Origin: Girardia tigrina
Lineage: Eukaryota
Reading direction: 5' to 3'
DNA: 57,033 nucleotides
NCBI GenBank assembly: GCA_001938485.1
Contig: MQRK01245561.1
Location: 17,610-74,642, forward strand
Shown here: positions 37,432 through 48,835 of the stretch, piece after piece
Numbering within the stretch: position 1 is the first letter of the stretch
How the letters are laid out: each line of letters begins with the position of its first letter
Notes under the pieces: generated by a model
What the model was told of the DNA's origin: nothing
Database searches by the model: none
Seen by the model: the letters and a program-made list of their open reading frames with translations, nothing else
Translations under genes and position numbers: made by a program

Positions 37432-38449
37432 CACCAGTTCCCAATTAGAAATGCTTTGTAAGCATTTACAAATGTCATTATCTGTATGATTTAATGAATT
37501 TCATGTCGTTTGGGTTATCAATGTTAATTTTTGGTTAATTAATTAATAACTATTTTTATTAATTTGTGATTATTTATGAATTAATTTGAGATTATTTATT
37601 AATTAATTTGTGATTATTTATGAATTAATTTGTGATTATTTATGAATTAATTTGTGATTATTTATTAATTAATTTATGATTATTTATGAATAAATTTGTG
37701 AATATTTATGAATTAATTTGTGATTAATTATGAATTAATTTGTGATTATTTATGAATTAATTTGTGATTATTTATGAATTAATTTGTGATTATTTATTAA
37801 TTAATTTGTGATTATTTATGAATTAATTTGTGATTATTTATTAATTAATTTGTGATTATTTATGAATTAATTTGTGATTATTTATGAATTAATTTGTGAT
37901 TATTTTTTAATTAATTTGTGAATATTTATTAATTAATTTGTGATTAATTATGGATTAATTTGAGATTATTTATGAAATAATTTGTGATTATTTTTTAATT
38001 AATTTGCGAATATTTATGAATTAATTTGTGATTATTTATTAATTAATTTGTGATTATTTATGAATTAATTTGTGATTATTTATGAATTAATTTGTGATTA
38101 TTTATGAATTAATTTGTGATTATTTTTTAATTAATTTGTGAATATTTATTAATTAATTTGTGATTATTTATGAATTAATTTGTGATTATTTATGAATTAA
38201 TTTGTGATTATTTAATTAATTAATTTGTGATTATTAATATATAAGATTAATTATTAATTTATTTATTTTGTCTCAAGTATGAACTGAACTTGTATCTTGT
38301 AAGTATGTGATGAGGTGTGTTTGAATTTATTCGCCCCTTCCATAAAGTCTGTCATATTTCATTGCGTGTGATCCTTCAGAATGACTCTGAGATCCACCGT
38401 CATTAATCTAATCAAATGCATATGTGGCATTTCTAATTGGGAAAGAGTG
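37432..38449. mobile_element. Tc1/mariner-type non-autonomous element carrying a minisatellite
   Basis: TA|CACCAGTTCCCAATTAGAAATGC ... GCATTTCTAATTGGGAAAGAGTG|TA. Confidence 0.8.
37557..38235. repeat. 22-bp minisatellite, ~30 copies
   Basis: Unit GAATTAATTTGTGATTATTTAT with variants (TAAT.., ..GAATATT..). Confidence 0.95.
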
Positions 38450-40327
38450 TATTAATCTTGAAATCAAAATATAATTTAAAATATTTTATAATTATGTTTA
38501 AAACCATACAATTGTTATCTATTAATTACATTATAAAATTAATAATTTAATTAAATTATTAATTAATAAATTGTCATTATTAATCTCCACTCTCAAACCA
38601 TTCAATCAATCGATTCCCTCGGTCTCCAACTCGACCGTCTCTATTTCCATCAATTTATCATAAATATTTCTAATAATTTCATTAAAATTCGAAATAAATT
38701 TATATCGATTATTTAGATAGGAAATAAACAAATCACTGAATAAAATCTCTTAAAACGCTCAATAAAACCGGTCAGAAAATCTATAAAATACAAATTCAAT
38801 CACCTAATGAACTATCGATATTGTTGTTATCGGACAATTCTTTATCCATCTGTAATGAGACACAATTCAGACAAATGTTAATAATCGTATATTATCGATC
38901 AATACTCTAGTTTTATTAGCTTTACATCAATCAATTATCAACAAATAATTAGCATTACTACAAAGATTTCAATTGAACTATTTTGTAGAAATAATCTTGA
39001 TATAAATTTGGTAATTATTAAAACAACGCATTTTTGTTGGTTGAAAATTTGAAAATGCGATAAACTTTCGATTAATTGTTGTTTTTTTTAATTAAATGGT
39101 ATTTTTTATGTTGTTTATGACTGTTGTTTGTTATTGTTTTTTTGTGAATTGTAAAATAACTTTATTAAATTAGTAATATGTTATATGTTTGTATACTAAT
39201 TTTTTGTCGTTTGAAAAATATGTATTTTCAAGTCTTTAAATATCAACCATCTATGATATCAATTAATTATAAATAAAAACATTTTAATGAATTATACCAT
39301 CATCAATTTCAATGTAGAGTAATAATTTTATGATACTTGTGTCAATTTTATTTAAAATTATTCATTTAATCAATCTAATTTTTAACAGTGAGAAAAAAAT
39401 TCTAAAATGGTGTTACTATCCAGCAAAAGTCCGTAAAATTTCAACATAAAAACGACCATTAAATTAATTTTTATACCAATATCATATTTTGCTTTTTAAA
39501 GGTTTAAAATGTCATTTTTGCAGTTTCAATTAGATAGATTTCAATTTGAAGTAAAATATAATCCATCGCCTTGTAGTGGTTAATTATAAAAACTCAGTGT
39601 TTTAATAAAAATATTAGCAAAGATGATTTTTTTTCTTAAATTTTCTTTATTTATTTAGAAAGAGTTGCATAATTATGTAATTTTTAATAACAGAGGGTAT
39701 AATACATCTCATTTTTTGGAAGATTATATTTAAAAAGCATTATATATTTGCACTGGAGTCGATTAAATCGTCTAGGTAGACCTTTGTTTCTTATTTATAG
39801 AATAACAATTATAACGAGGAAATCAGAAAGTATTTGATTTCGTTCACTCAAAATATCAAAAGGCCAGATGAACATAACTTAAAACGGTATGAAACATTCA
39901 CCAACACCAGGAAAAGATTTCAGAAATGGTTCATATTAAAATAGTATACTGGAGATTAACAAACGGAAAGTGATTGTATCAATAAATAAGTATTAAAAAG
40001 ATAAATAATATAAAATAAAATTACATAAAAACCCAAATTTCCTATGTTGAGTTCGTGTTTCATTTTTTAGAACTAGTAACTCTAGCCACTTTTACTACTT
40101 TGGTTTATTTATCAACATTCTGAACTTAAAACTAACCCCACTGTCATCAGCTAGCCGCGAATGATGATGAAAGCGCTCCGGTTTCCGGACTTACACAAGC
40201 TTAAAGTCAGGTAAGCTAACTCATGGGTATTAGTTTTATTAATTTTTCTTACCATATCTATTTAATAAACAGGTTCTTTTTTAATGATTGTACTGATTTA
40301 TTTTAAAAGACAATTTTATATGAGAAC

Positions 40328-42456
40328 TAAGGATTGCAAAAATCTGGGGATTTCGGGAGTGAAAATTGTTGTCCCCGGGGAATCCCGGGAATTCCTGGGC
40401 TTCATGTGAAAACTTAAATACCATTATAGTAGGTGTCAAAATTCAGAAACTCGTGAAACTCATGAAACACTAAAAATAAATACTTAACCACAAATATAAT
40501 TAAAATAATTCATTGATTAAATAACATAACATTCATAATTTTGAAAAATAATCTGAATAATTCAATTAACTTGTATTTTTTAAAATGTCACCTTAAAAAC
40601 ATAAAGCATCAATAGTTTTATCGTTTAGTCGAGTTCGATTTTTGAGCAAAGAAGACCAGCCGCTGAGAATGCTCGTTCACACTCTACACTTTTTGGTTTA
40701 AAAGATAGTAAATAATCATATACTTTTTAAGGTGGTCACCTCTTGTGCCTTCACTTTCAAATAAAAAAATTTCTTTCTGAATTTTAGAAATTGTACTTTC
40801 CACTGTTGTAGGTAGTTTTTGTATTAACTTTAATTCTTTTTCCATAGCTTCATTTAATTGTTAATTAATTATTTTAAAGCTATTACAACATTCATCAGCT
40901 GATAAAATTTAGTTCTGAACATTACTATACATGTCTTATGCAGTTATTATATCTGGCGCAGTTAAACGCTTTAACAGGTTTAAGAGGCTTTTTATTTTGA
41001 ATAGGTGTATTTGGTACAAAAACATCGTATATTTTTGATGAAATATTTTTACCATGATGAAGGTAGTAAACTAAGCTACTTAGTGATGTTCTTCTATCTT
41101 TTATTCAATGACTCAAAGCATTATAAAATTGTTGCTCAACTTCGACCTGCTACTGTTTTATTTTTGTTAACAAGAACTCTAATGCAATGTCAACTATAAT
41201 TAAAGTTGCGTCTCCACTGTTAGGAAGAATATTAGTATTATTAAATTATTATTCAAAATTATAATCATTCAAATAAATATTAATTTATATAAAATTATTT
41301 AAATGTGGTTCCAATTATTTCATCATTAATTCTCGCATTTTTATGTATTTGTTTTAATTAGTAAATATATTTTTGGGAAACGAAGTTATTGTGCAATTCT
41401 TATTAAAAACTAACATCCACAACAAAGAACTTCCCCAGTAGCTTTAACTGGAATCAAAAGTTTTACTAAATCAGATACTATTTCATATTCATTGTCGTTC
41501 ACCTGAAGTGAATCATTTATATTGACATCTTAAAATGCTTTTTTAACACAATTTTTTAACTTGTTAAATCTTTGAAGCATTATCAATAAGCTGCTCCATC
41601 CGGTTTTGTAATCCATAATTAAATGAATGACCTTTCCAAGCTCAATTTTTACGTACTTATGTAAATAATCGTCATTTCTTGTTAGATAAATTTTGAAAAA
41701 AGTACAATTTTTCTGACCTTTGTGATAAAAGGTCCAATCATTTAATCAGTAATCGTAACTTCTCTTAAAAATGAACCATTAAAATTCTGAAAGCAATTTT
41801 CGCCTTCAGAATCATAGTCACTTGTATCGATTTCATCATCATTATCTGTCAAATTTCAAAAGGCAATGTTATCATCATCTGAATTGTTATAATCTTCTGC
41901 GTATCTTTCTTCTTTTTTATAAAGAATCGATATAACAGCCAATTGTAAAGCGTAAGAAAAGCATAATTATTGATCAATTTCTAGAATTTTTGCAATTCAC
42001 TAGCACCATCTGTTGTAATACAAATGAAATCGTCTTCACTTTTTATTTTTTAGTACACAGTCTTTCATTTAGAAGAGAAACACACCTTTTTACTGACATC
42101 CACCCGAAAATTTGGATCAAACCCAAAGTCTAATAGTTTTCTAAATAATGTACGTTAAGATTCAAAATTTAATTTAAAAAATGTTATTTTCGTTATATAA
42201 CTTTTAAGTTATTTTTAAATTTGGATATTTACTATATTTTCATTTATAGGCAAATTGATTTTTGCTTTCTTTCTGTGATTTCATAGAGACTATCTTTTAA
42301 ATAAATATATTTTTTTTATATTTTAATGATTCCCAACAATAAATACAACTTACAAAAATAAATTAAGTAAGTATATTACAATCCTGAAATCCCGGGAAAT
42401 GTTTGAGACAAATCATGAGGTACATTGTGTTCCTAATCCCGGGATTGCCATCCCTA
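40328..42456 (-). mobile_element. hAT element with degenerate transposase
   Basis: TIR TAAGGATTGCAA / TTGCCATCCCTA. Perfect 8-bp TSD ATGAGAAC (40320-40327, 42457-42464). CCCGGG subterminal repeats. Minus-strand KSVECERAFSAAG..TRLNDKTIDALCFL dimerisation domain. Confidence 0.9.
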
Positions 42457-42558
42457 ATGAGAACGGAAATACCCTGCGCGCATATTATGTCGAAAACGTT
42501 TATTGAACACTTGAGAATGACAATATGTGATATTTTATTCGTTTTTTTGTTTAGTTTT

Positions 42559-42561
<3 letters not shown>

Positions 42562-42602
<41 letters not shown>
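42562..42602. repeat. (TA)n microsatellite
   Basis: ~20 TA units. Confidence 0.95.
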
Positions 42603-42607
<5 letters not shown>

Positions 42608-43861
42608 TATGTTATAAATAATACTATTAAATAGGAAATAAATTAAATAAAAAATAATTTACAAAAAATATAAAAAAGAGAAGTTGGATAACTTGAAAAT
42701 AGCTGAATAGAAGTCATACAAAATTGTTCACCTTTCATATTGATAACTCATAGAGTCTTTAATTGTGTGCGTTTTTTCGATTGGTCAAAATGAAAGAGCG
42801 AATTGAAATCGAAAATTGACGAAGGAGCAAATGTTAATTTTTTGATTTATTTAGTGGTTGCTATTTTCGAAATTTTTTGCCTCGATTGATTCTTTTTTTT
42901 TGACACGGTTTTGAGACGATTTGTTTTTAGAGTGTATATTTGAATGTATTTTGAATATATTTGTTGTTGAGGCGAGTGATTTTTATTGTTGAAAATTTTC
43001 GAAACAGTGTTGTGTTCCACAACAATTATGTTTATTTTGTAAAGAGTAAAGTTTTATTTTTTTCATTAAAAAAAAGAATTATTTGTTGGGGGGAAAATTA
43101 ATTAATTTAAAAAAAATGTTCAGATGCGGATTTAACAATGATTTTTTTTCTGGATTAATAATGGATTAATGTCTGGATTTATGGTTTTTGGTTTTTGATA
43201 AAGCATTTTGTTTAAATAAGTAGTTTATCTATATATTTCAAAAAATATAAATTTTGGCGAAAGTTGGTTTGTTTTTTCATGAAATCGGTTATAAATAAAT
43301 TGAATATGCAAATAATCATATTTTTATTTCTTTTGCGGCCGTGTTGTCAGCCGTTGCTTCCATGGAGACTTTTACCTCTTTTGTGGTGGCGCATCGTTGT
43401 CATTCCGGTGTCGTTCTCCGTCAATTGATGCTCGCCGAAACAGCAGGTTTGTCGGCCTCGCAACAATGTGCATTTTTCGACACCGGGCTGATTTTTGATC
43501 GGTTTTCTGGAGCTCGGAGACAAAGTCTGGCGTTTCAGTCGAGCCCCGAACCATCACACATAGATTATTGAACGGAAATAAAAAGAATAATAATCAAAAT
43601 TTTCTGAGCTGATATCAAAATAAAATTCTGAGCAAACCAATTGGTGATTGAAATCGAAAGTTTTTCTTGTATTACATGATTAAATCTGAGTTAAAGTCTA
43701 TGGGTCTAATTGTAAGTTGTTCAAATTGCGAAAGCAATTTAAATCGAAATCTATAATTTATGATTACGTTATCGTACGAAACATTTAATCATAAAATTGC
43801 CAGAATGATTGAGGCAGTCTTAAAAAAATGAAAAAGATCATCCCCGGAAAAATAAATAAAT

Positions 43862-43942
43862 GGGCCCAGCACTCTATCAGGAAAGATCCACTGCGTATCC
43901 CTGTTGCCTACGTCCGATTTTCGGGCAACGTGAGGGTCGGGC
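43862..43942 (+). ncRNA. Twister-ribozyme-like element (variant or degenerate)
   Basis: GCCC...ACT-GC-GTA-TCCC-TGTT-GC-C-TAC...GAGGG-TC-GGGC. P1, P4 and both pseudoknot pairings (TCCC/GGG, GC/GC) plus P3- and P5-like hairpins occur in twister order. The canonical UAA cleavage loop is absent. Confidence 0.45.
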
Positions 43943-46655
43943 GGAACAATACCAAACTCATTATTTGTTATTGAATTTTGAATCGTTCAATTCAGCTTTT
44001 CAATTTTTGTATATTTTTTTGGAAACCTAGGTCTTGCCGTGCTAGTCTGAAGAGACCCATTTTGTGGCTTTACTCTACGATTCAATGCATTCTTACCTTT
44101 TCCGCAATTTTCAATGGTCGTTCTCTGTATAATCATCCACCTTTTCGGGGTGGATTACAATTTATTTATTAATAAATTAAATTATTTTAAATAAATAATT
44201 GAGAAATCGGTGTTAAAAAATTTATTATTTTAAATAACATCAATTAGTCTTCGTCACTATCTTCATTCATTACATTAACTTTTTCGTTTATAAACAGCCT
44301 ACGCAATATTTTATGTAAAACCTGTGAATATCTTCAATTGTTCCTCTGATAATGAGTGGTCATTTATTTTATTAATTAAAGATGAATCACTACCAACAGC
44401 CGAGTAATTTATCTTAATTTTCTAACTATTTTATGAATATGTATATTTGCAATTGAAAAATTATTTTTTATATATTTCAGTTAGATAATATTCAAAATAC
44501 TTGTTTAAATATTTAGATTTAATTAGAGTTTTTGAACACGATATTTTAAAAAATAATTAGTTTTTATTTTTTTAAATATTTTCCACTACTTCAAAAAGAT
44601 TGAAAAATTCCTGAGTGTAAAGGAGTAAAAAAGACATTTTCTAAAAAAATTGGCGGTGGACACTTTTCAAAAACTTGGTCAAAAAATGATTTTAATTTTA
44701 TTTTATTTTTTAAAAATCGACTTTCCACCTGAGATTTATAGTAATATTTTTTAAAAATGTCTTTTACTCCTAAGAATTAGGAAAAAATCGTTATTGATTT
44801 ATTTTGAATTTTACTATTAAAAAAATCGAAAAACGGTTTTCTTTAAAATACTCGAAAACCTTTTGAGATAATTAGCTGAAAATTTGGCTGAATTATCTTT
44901 ATTAAATATGAAAGCCATTCCCCAAGTACAAGTCAAAAACCCATGGGGCAGATTTCACGTTTAAACCCGACTATACCATTTGAAAATATTAAATCATCAT
45001 TGTCTTCGGATAATCAACGACCCCGATACACGGCACGGCATTATGCGGACAGATTGACCAGGCGGTCCGAAAAAACATCTCTCTCCATTTGGAGATGAAG
45101 CCTTCAGCGAACAGGTCGACTTGAATTTTATTTCTGTAAATCCTTTATATTATTCAAGAAACTACATAAGCAACAGCCAGAATAACTGAATCACCCACTA
45201 AAATGTGAGTATGTGAGCCATTTACATGTATTTAATAAATTCCTTCTTCAAAGCAAGGAGACGATTGAGACTTATTGTATTTTAACGTTCTTTTGGAGTT
45301 TCTGTAATAATCATATATTATCCTAGTAAATTCTGAATTTCGTGAGAAAACATAATCATGCTACTGTCGGTCCAGTACTTATCTATTATCTCAATGGACA
45401 CACTAATTACCATTTTGCTGACAATGCGTCATATATGTAAATATATTTCAGGGATGTTTTGCTTTGCCTCTTTCCTAGTGCCATTCACATAATCTGATAA
45501 ACACACATTGTGTCTGTGACAGTTGATGAGTTTCGTTTGACTATGCTTAAATGTGATGCCTTGGTAATGCTACGAAAGTTGTTCTTTTCAAAGCTTCTGT
45601 TCATCGAACTAGCTATTCAAAAGCCTATAGAAAATGAATGCTAAGCAAGTTTCCAGTGTCCAATGCAATTATTACTGTTATAGAACTCATGGCCTTCAGC
45701 CACTGAGTACTGTGGCCTCACATTTGTTTCTGAATTCAAACTTTGTGAAGCAGAAAATACAACAGCAAGAGAGCACTAATAAGCTTTGACATCTCCCAGA
45801 AACAGTACAAAGAGAAACTTTGGCAGATCTGAGCTATAAGTGATTTTTCTCATAGATCGATACCAGCTTATTATGTACACTTGACATAATTTGAGGTGAA
45901 GTCCTTTCATGGTAAGAACTTTTTTAAAATTACCTGTCTTTATGTAGGAAGCTCACGAGAAGTCTCTCATAGATACCTGTCGCACAGCAATCAGTATTGT
46001 AGCGATCCAATTGTCTGAATATATTGAAGGTCATAAGTGGCCAAAAAAATTCATATCGCTTATTTTCTTTATTCATCCATAGTTATTGTTAGTCTTAGAT
46101 TCTTTAAACCTTGATCTTTTGTATATAGTTGGAAATTTAAATGAGGAGACATAGTCAATTTAAAAGACACCATTCATATGTCTTTATATGAAAAGAATAC
46201 TAAATATTTCGAAGGAGAAGCACAACTCCAGACATAAATTAGAAATTTTTGCTTCAGGAAAAAATATTATTATCATATTTGCAAAAATATTATTATCATA
46301 TTGGCAAAATTATTATTTGAATAATGTTTAAATTATAAAAATAATTAATTGAATATTTTTATCAATCACAATATTAACTTTTCATCGTTTGTATCATATT
46401 CTAGTTGTTAATTAATATTTAATGAAAAATTAAAAGATAAATATTCTCTCAAGTATTAAAAAAATAAATTCATCGAAAAACAATTTGATCAAAATTTCAA
46501 ATCAACATCCAAAACATTTTGTTTTAATAATTCAACAGTAATTTTTTTTTCCAATCTCAATTCAAATTTTATTGTCCTCACATACCGACACACAAAAAAC
46601 AGAAAACCGATATTTATATTATTCTTTACAATCTCTCTCTCTCAATATATCATCA

Positions 46656-47393
46656 ATGCGTCGAAATGTCGGAATCGCAGCTATCAAAAACAAAGAAGCC
46701 GCAGTGGCCAAATACAAATCCAAAGGCACAGAAATCGCCGAAACGAATTTCCAACAACTCGTCAAACAATTCGACTCGTTCAAATCACATCTCGAAGAAT
46801 TCGCCGTGAAACACAAAGACCGAATCAGAAAACAACCGGAATTCCGGTCGCAATTCCAATCGATGTGCGCGACAATCGGAGTCGACCCGATCGCCTCGAG
46901 CAAGGGATTCTGGGCCGAGATGCTCGGGGTCGGTGACTTCTACTACCACCTGGCCATCCGGGTGATCGAGGCGACCATGGCGCGCGCCGACCGCAACGGG
47001 GGCCTCGTGGACCTTGAGGAGCTGGTGGCCGTGCTCAACGACACCAGGAGCAGCAGGGACACCGAGCGCGTCTCCAAAGACGACGTGGCGCGCGCCGTGC
47101 GGGCCGTGAGGGCGCTGGGCAGCGGGTTCGCGATCGTGGCGCTGTCCCAGGGCCGCCAGATGGTGCGCTCGGTGCCCGGGGAGCTCAATATCGACCAGAC
47201 CAGCGTGTTGAAGCTCGCACAAGACAGAAACGGACAGGTGGCAGTGGGCGCGTGCGCCACGGAGCTCGCATGGAGCGAGGAGCGGTGTCGAGACGCGGTG
47301 GAGTGTCTGGTGAAGGAGGGCATCGCGTGGGTCGACGGGAGCGGCAGCGACTGCACTTTCTGGATCCCGGGACTGTTCTCTGTTAGTAAATGA
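46656..47393 (+). CDS. SNF8: ESCRT-II subunit SNF8/Vps22/EAP30, intronless
   Basis: MRRNVGIAAI...LEEFAVKHK..IRKQPEFRSQFQSMCATIGVDPIASSKGFWAEMLGVGDFYY...SVPGELN.D...GIAWVD..FWIPGL. ATG 46656 matches the conserved MRR N-terminus. Confidence 0.97.
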   Translation: MRRNVGIAAIKNKEAAVAKYKSKGTEIAETNFQQLVKQFDSFKSHLEEFAVKHKDRIRKQPEFRSQFQSMCATIGVDPIASSKGFWAEMLGVGDFYYHLAIRVIEATMARADRNGGLVDLEELVAVLNDTRSSRDTERVSKDDVARAVRAVRALGSGFAIVALSQGRQMVRSVPGELNIDQTSVLKLAQDRNGQVAVGACATELAWSEERCRDAVECLVKEGIAWVDGSGSDCTFWIPGLFSVSK

Positions 47394-48139
47394 TTGGTTA
47401 TCGAGTTGCCGGTTCTGTTGGGTTCGTGTTGTAAATAGAAATTATTAATTATTCCTGAATCAATACCAAAGATTTATCATGGGAGATTGTTCCTTTTATG
47501 AGACAACGAATAGAAACATTAATTAAGAGAGAATAAAAGTCATATTATCGAACTTAAGAAAGAAAGGGAACGGGTTTTGGGGAACGTTACCGCTCTTCGA
47601 ATGAAAACGGAATAATTTCTGTTATCTTTGGATCGATAATTGAGCTTTAATGTGATATTTATTCACGAAATTCGTTTTCTTCTTACTGGAAAAAATTAAT
47701 AAAATAAACAAAATTGCGTTAAAAATATAAAAATTTAAATTGTAACTAGTAAATCAAAAAATTAAATTTCTTATCTCCATTCTTCATGCAGACGGAACTC
47801 TACTTTGCCAACAAAGTTTTAATTAAAAAACAATAAAAATCAATATAAACTACTGATAATTTATAAGTAGATATCTTGCAATTAATATTGTTCGGGAACT
47901 CCGAATTTTCCATTTTTCCCATTTTGGGATCTTAAAAAGATTGTTTCGATCAAATTGTCACATGATCATTTATTGTCATCGAGAATGAGTGAGTGTGCAA
48001 AGATGGGAGAAAATTGATTGAGGAAAAGGGATCGACAAAACATCGAATTTAATAATTAAATTAATATTATTAATTAAAAATTTTTCAAAAAAGGGCTTAA
48101 ATCAACCTATAAATAATCCGAAAATGTCTGAATGTCGAT

Positions 48140-48680
48140 TGATTACAGAACTCGTTCTGATCCATTATCACCAATAATTAGGGCGGTAATTTGTTGACCC
48201 CAAAAGTCAGTTAATGGATCAAGGATATGGAAATTGTGTTGATAACATATAGGGTGAAATTATTGGAACATGGACGCACACTTGCTGACTGCGCTGCTCG
48301 CCATCTTCGTTATGTCCCCAATGTCACTACTGTCATTATTGTAAAATGTTGACCAAGTCTTTGCACCTGACTGAGTTTGTTGCCTTGTAAATGTGTCTCG
48401 CCGTTCACGCTTCTTTACTGTGACCATTCTTTGCGTTCACTCTCATTGTGCAGTGAGTGAGTTACAGAGGTTACACGAACCAGTTGCCGATTCATTGTCA
48501 CCAGAACAAAGAAGACACGCCATAAAATTGACTCGATCAATTGTACAATTACAAACACTTAATTCGATCTTTTTGGACATTAAATTCTTTTAATATTTTT
48601 ACCTTATTTTTCTATTTTTTATTAGCTTGCTTCGTACATGTATCCATGGGATTTAGAAACCTGTTTTCTGATGCTTTTTA
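48140..48680 (-). pseudogene. Possible Merlin/ISXO2-type transposase remnant
   Basis: Minus-strand KSIRK and VQLIES-like fragments (cf. KSIRxNSFF, VQIDES); heavily eroded. Lies between copies of the long-TIR end. Confidence 0.3.
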
Positions 48681-48835
48681 CTCAATCAATTTCCTCCCAT
48701 CTTTGTACACTCACTCATTCTCGGTGATGATAAAGGGGATCTACGACAAAACGTCGAGTCTAATAATTAAGTCAATATTATTAAATGTAGTAAAATATTT
48801 ATATTATTAATCGAAACATTTTCAAAAAGAACTTA

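Larger units (their letters stand above)
37031..38780 (+). repeat. Diverged direct duplication: 37031-37320 vs 38426-38780
   Basis: Both copies start with the same right TIR and continue through TTAATCTT.AAATCAAAAT...CTCGGTCTCCAACTCGA...GGTCAGAAA. Confidence 0.85.

Noticed and set aside
37557-38235. CRISPR-like array
   Set aside because: Head-to-tail 22-bp units with no unique spacers, no cas genes and a eukaryotic context; it is a minisatellite.
38307-38390. C/D-box snoRNA candidate (GTGATGA...CTGA, with TGATCCTTC complementary to the 18S 3' end)
   Set aside because: It lies inside a TIR element, has no terminal stem or clear C'/D' boxes, and the 9-nt complementarity is not positioned as a guide.
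44021-44066. Permuted (type II) hammerhead: GAAA-CCTAGG-TC...CTGAAGA
   Set aside because: Core words are present but stems I and II do not pair in register.
45000-46200. GC-richer coding-like stretch, possibly a transposase relic
   Set aside because: No motif could be assigned confidently by eye; needs BLASTx. The same applies to 7560-8090, 13740-14300 and 20240-20700.
46619-47356. Three antisense ORFs over SNF8
   Set aside because: Shadow ORFs caused by the GC-rich codon usage of the sense gene.
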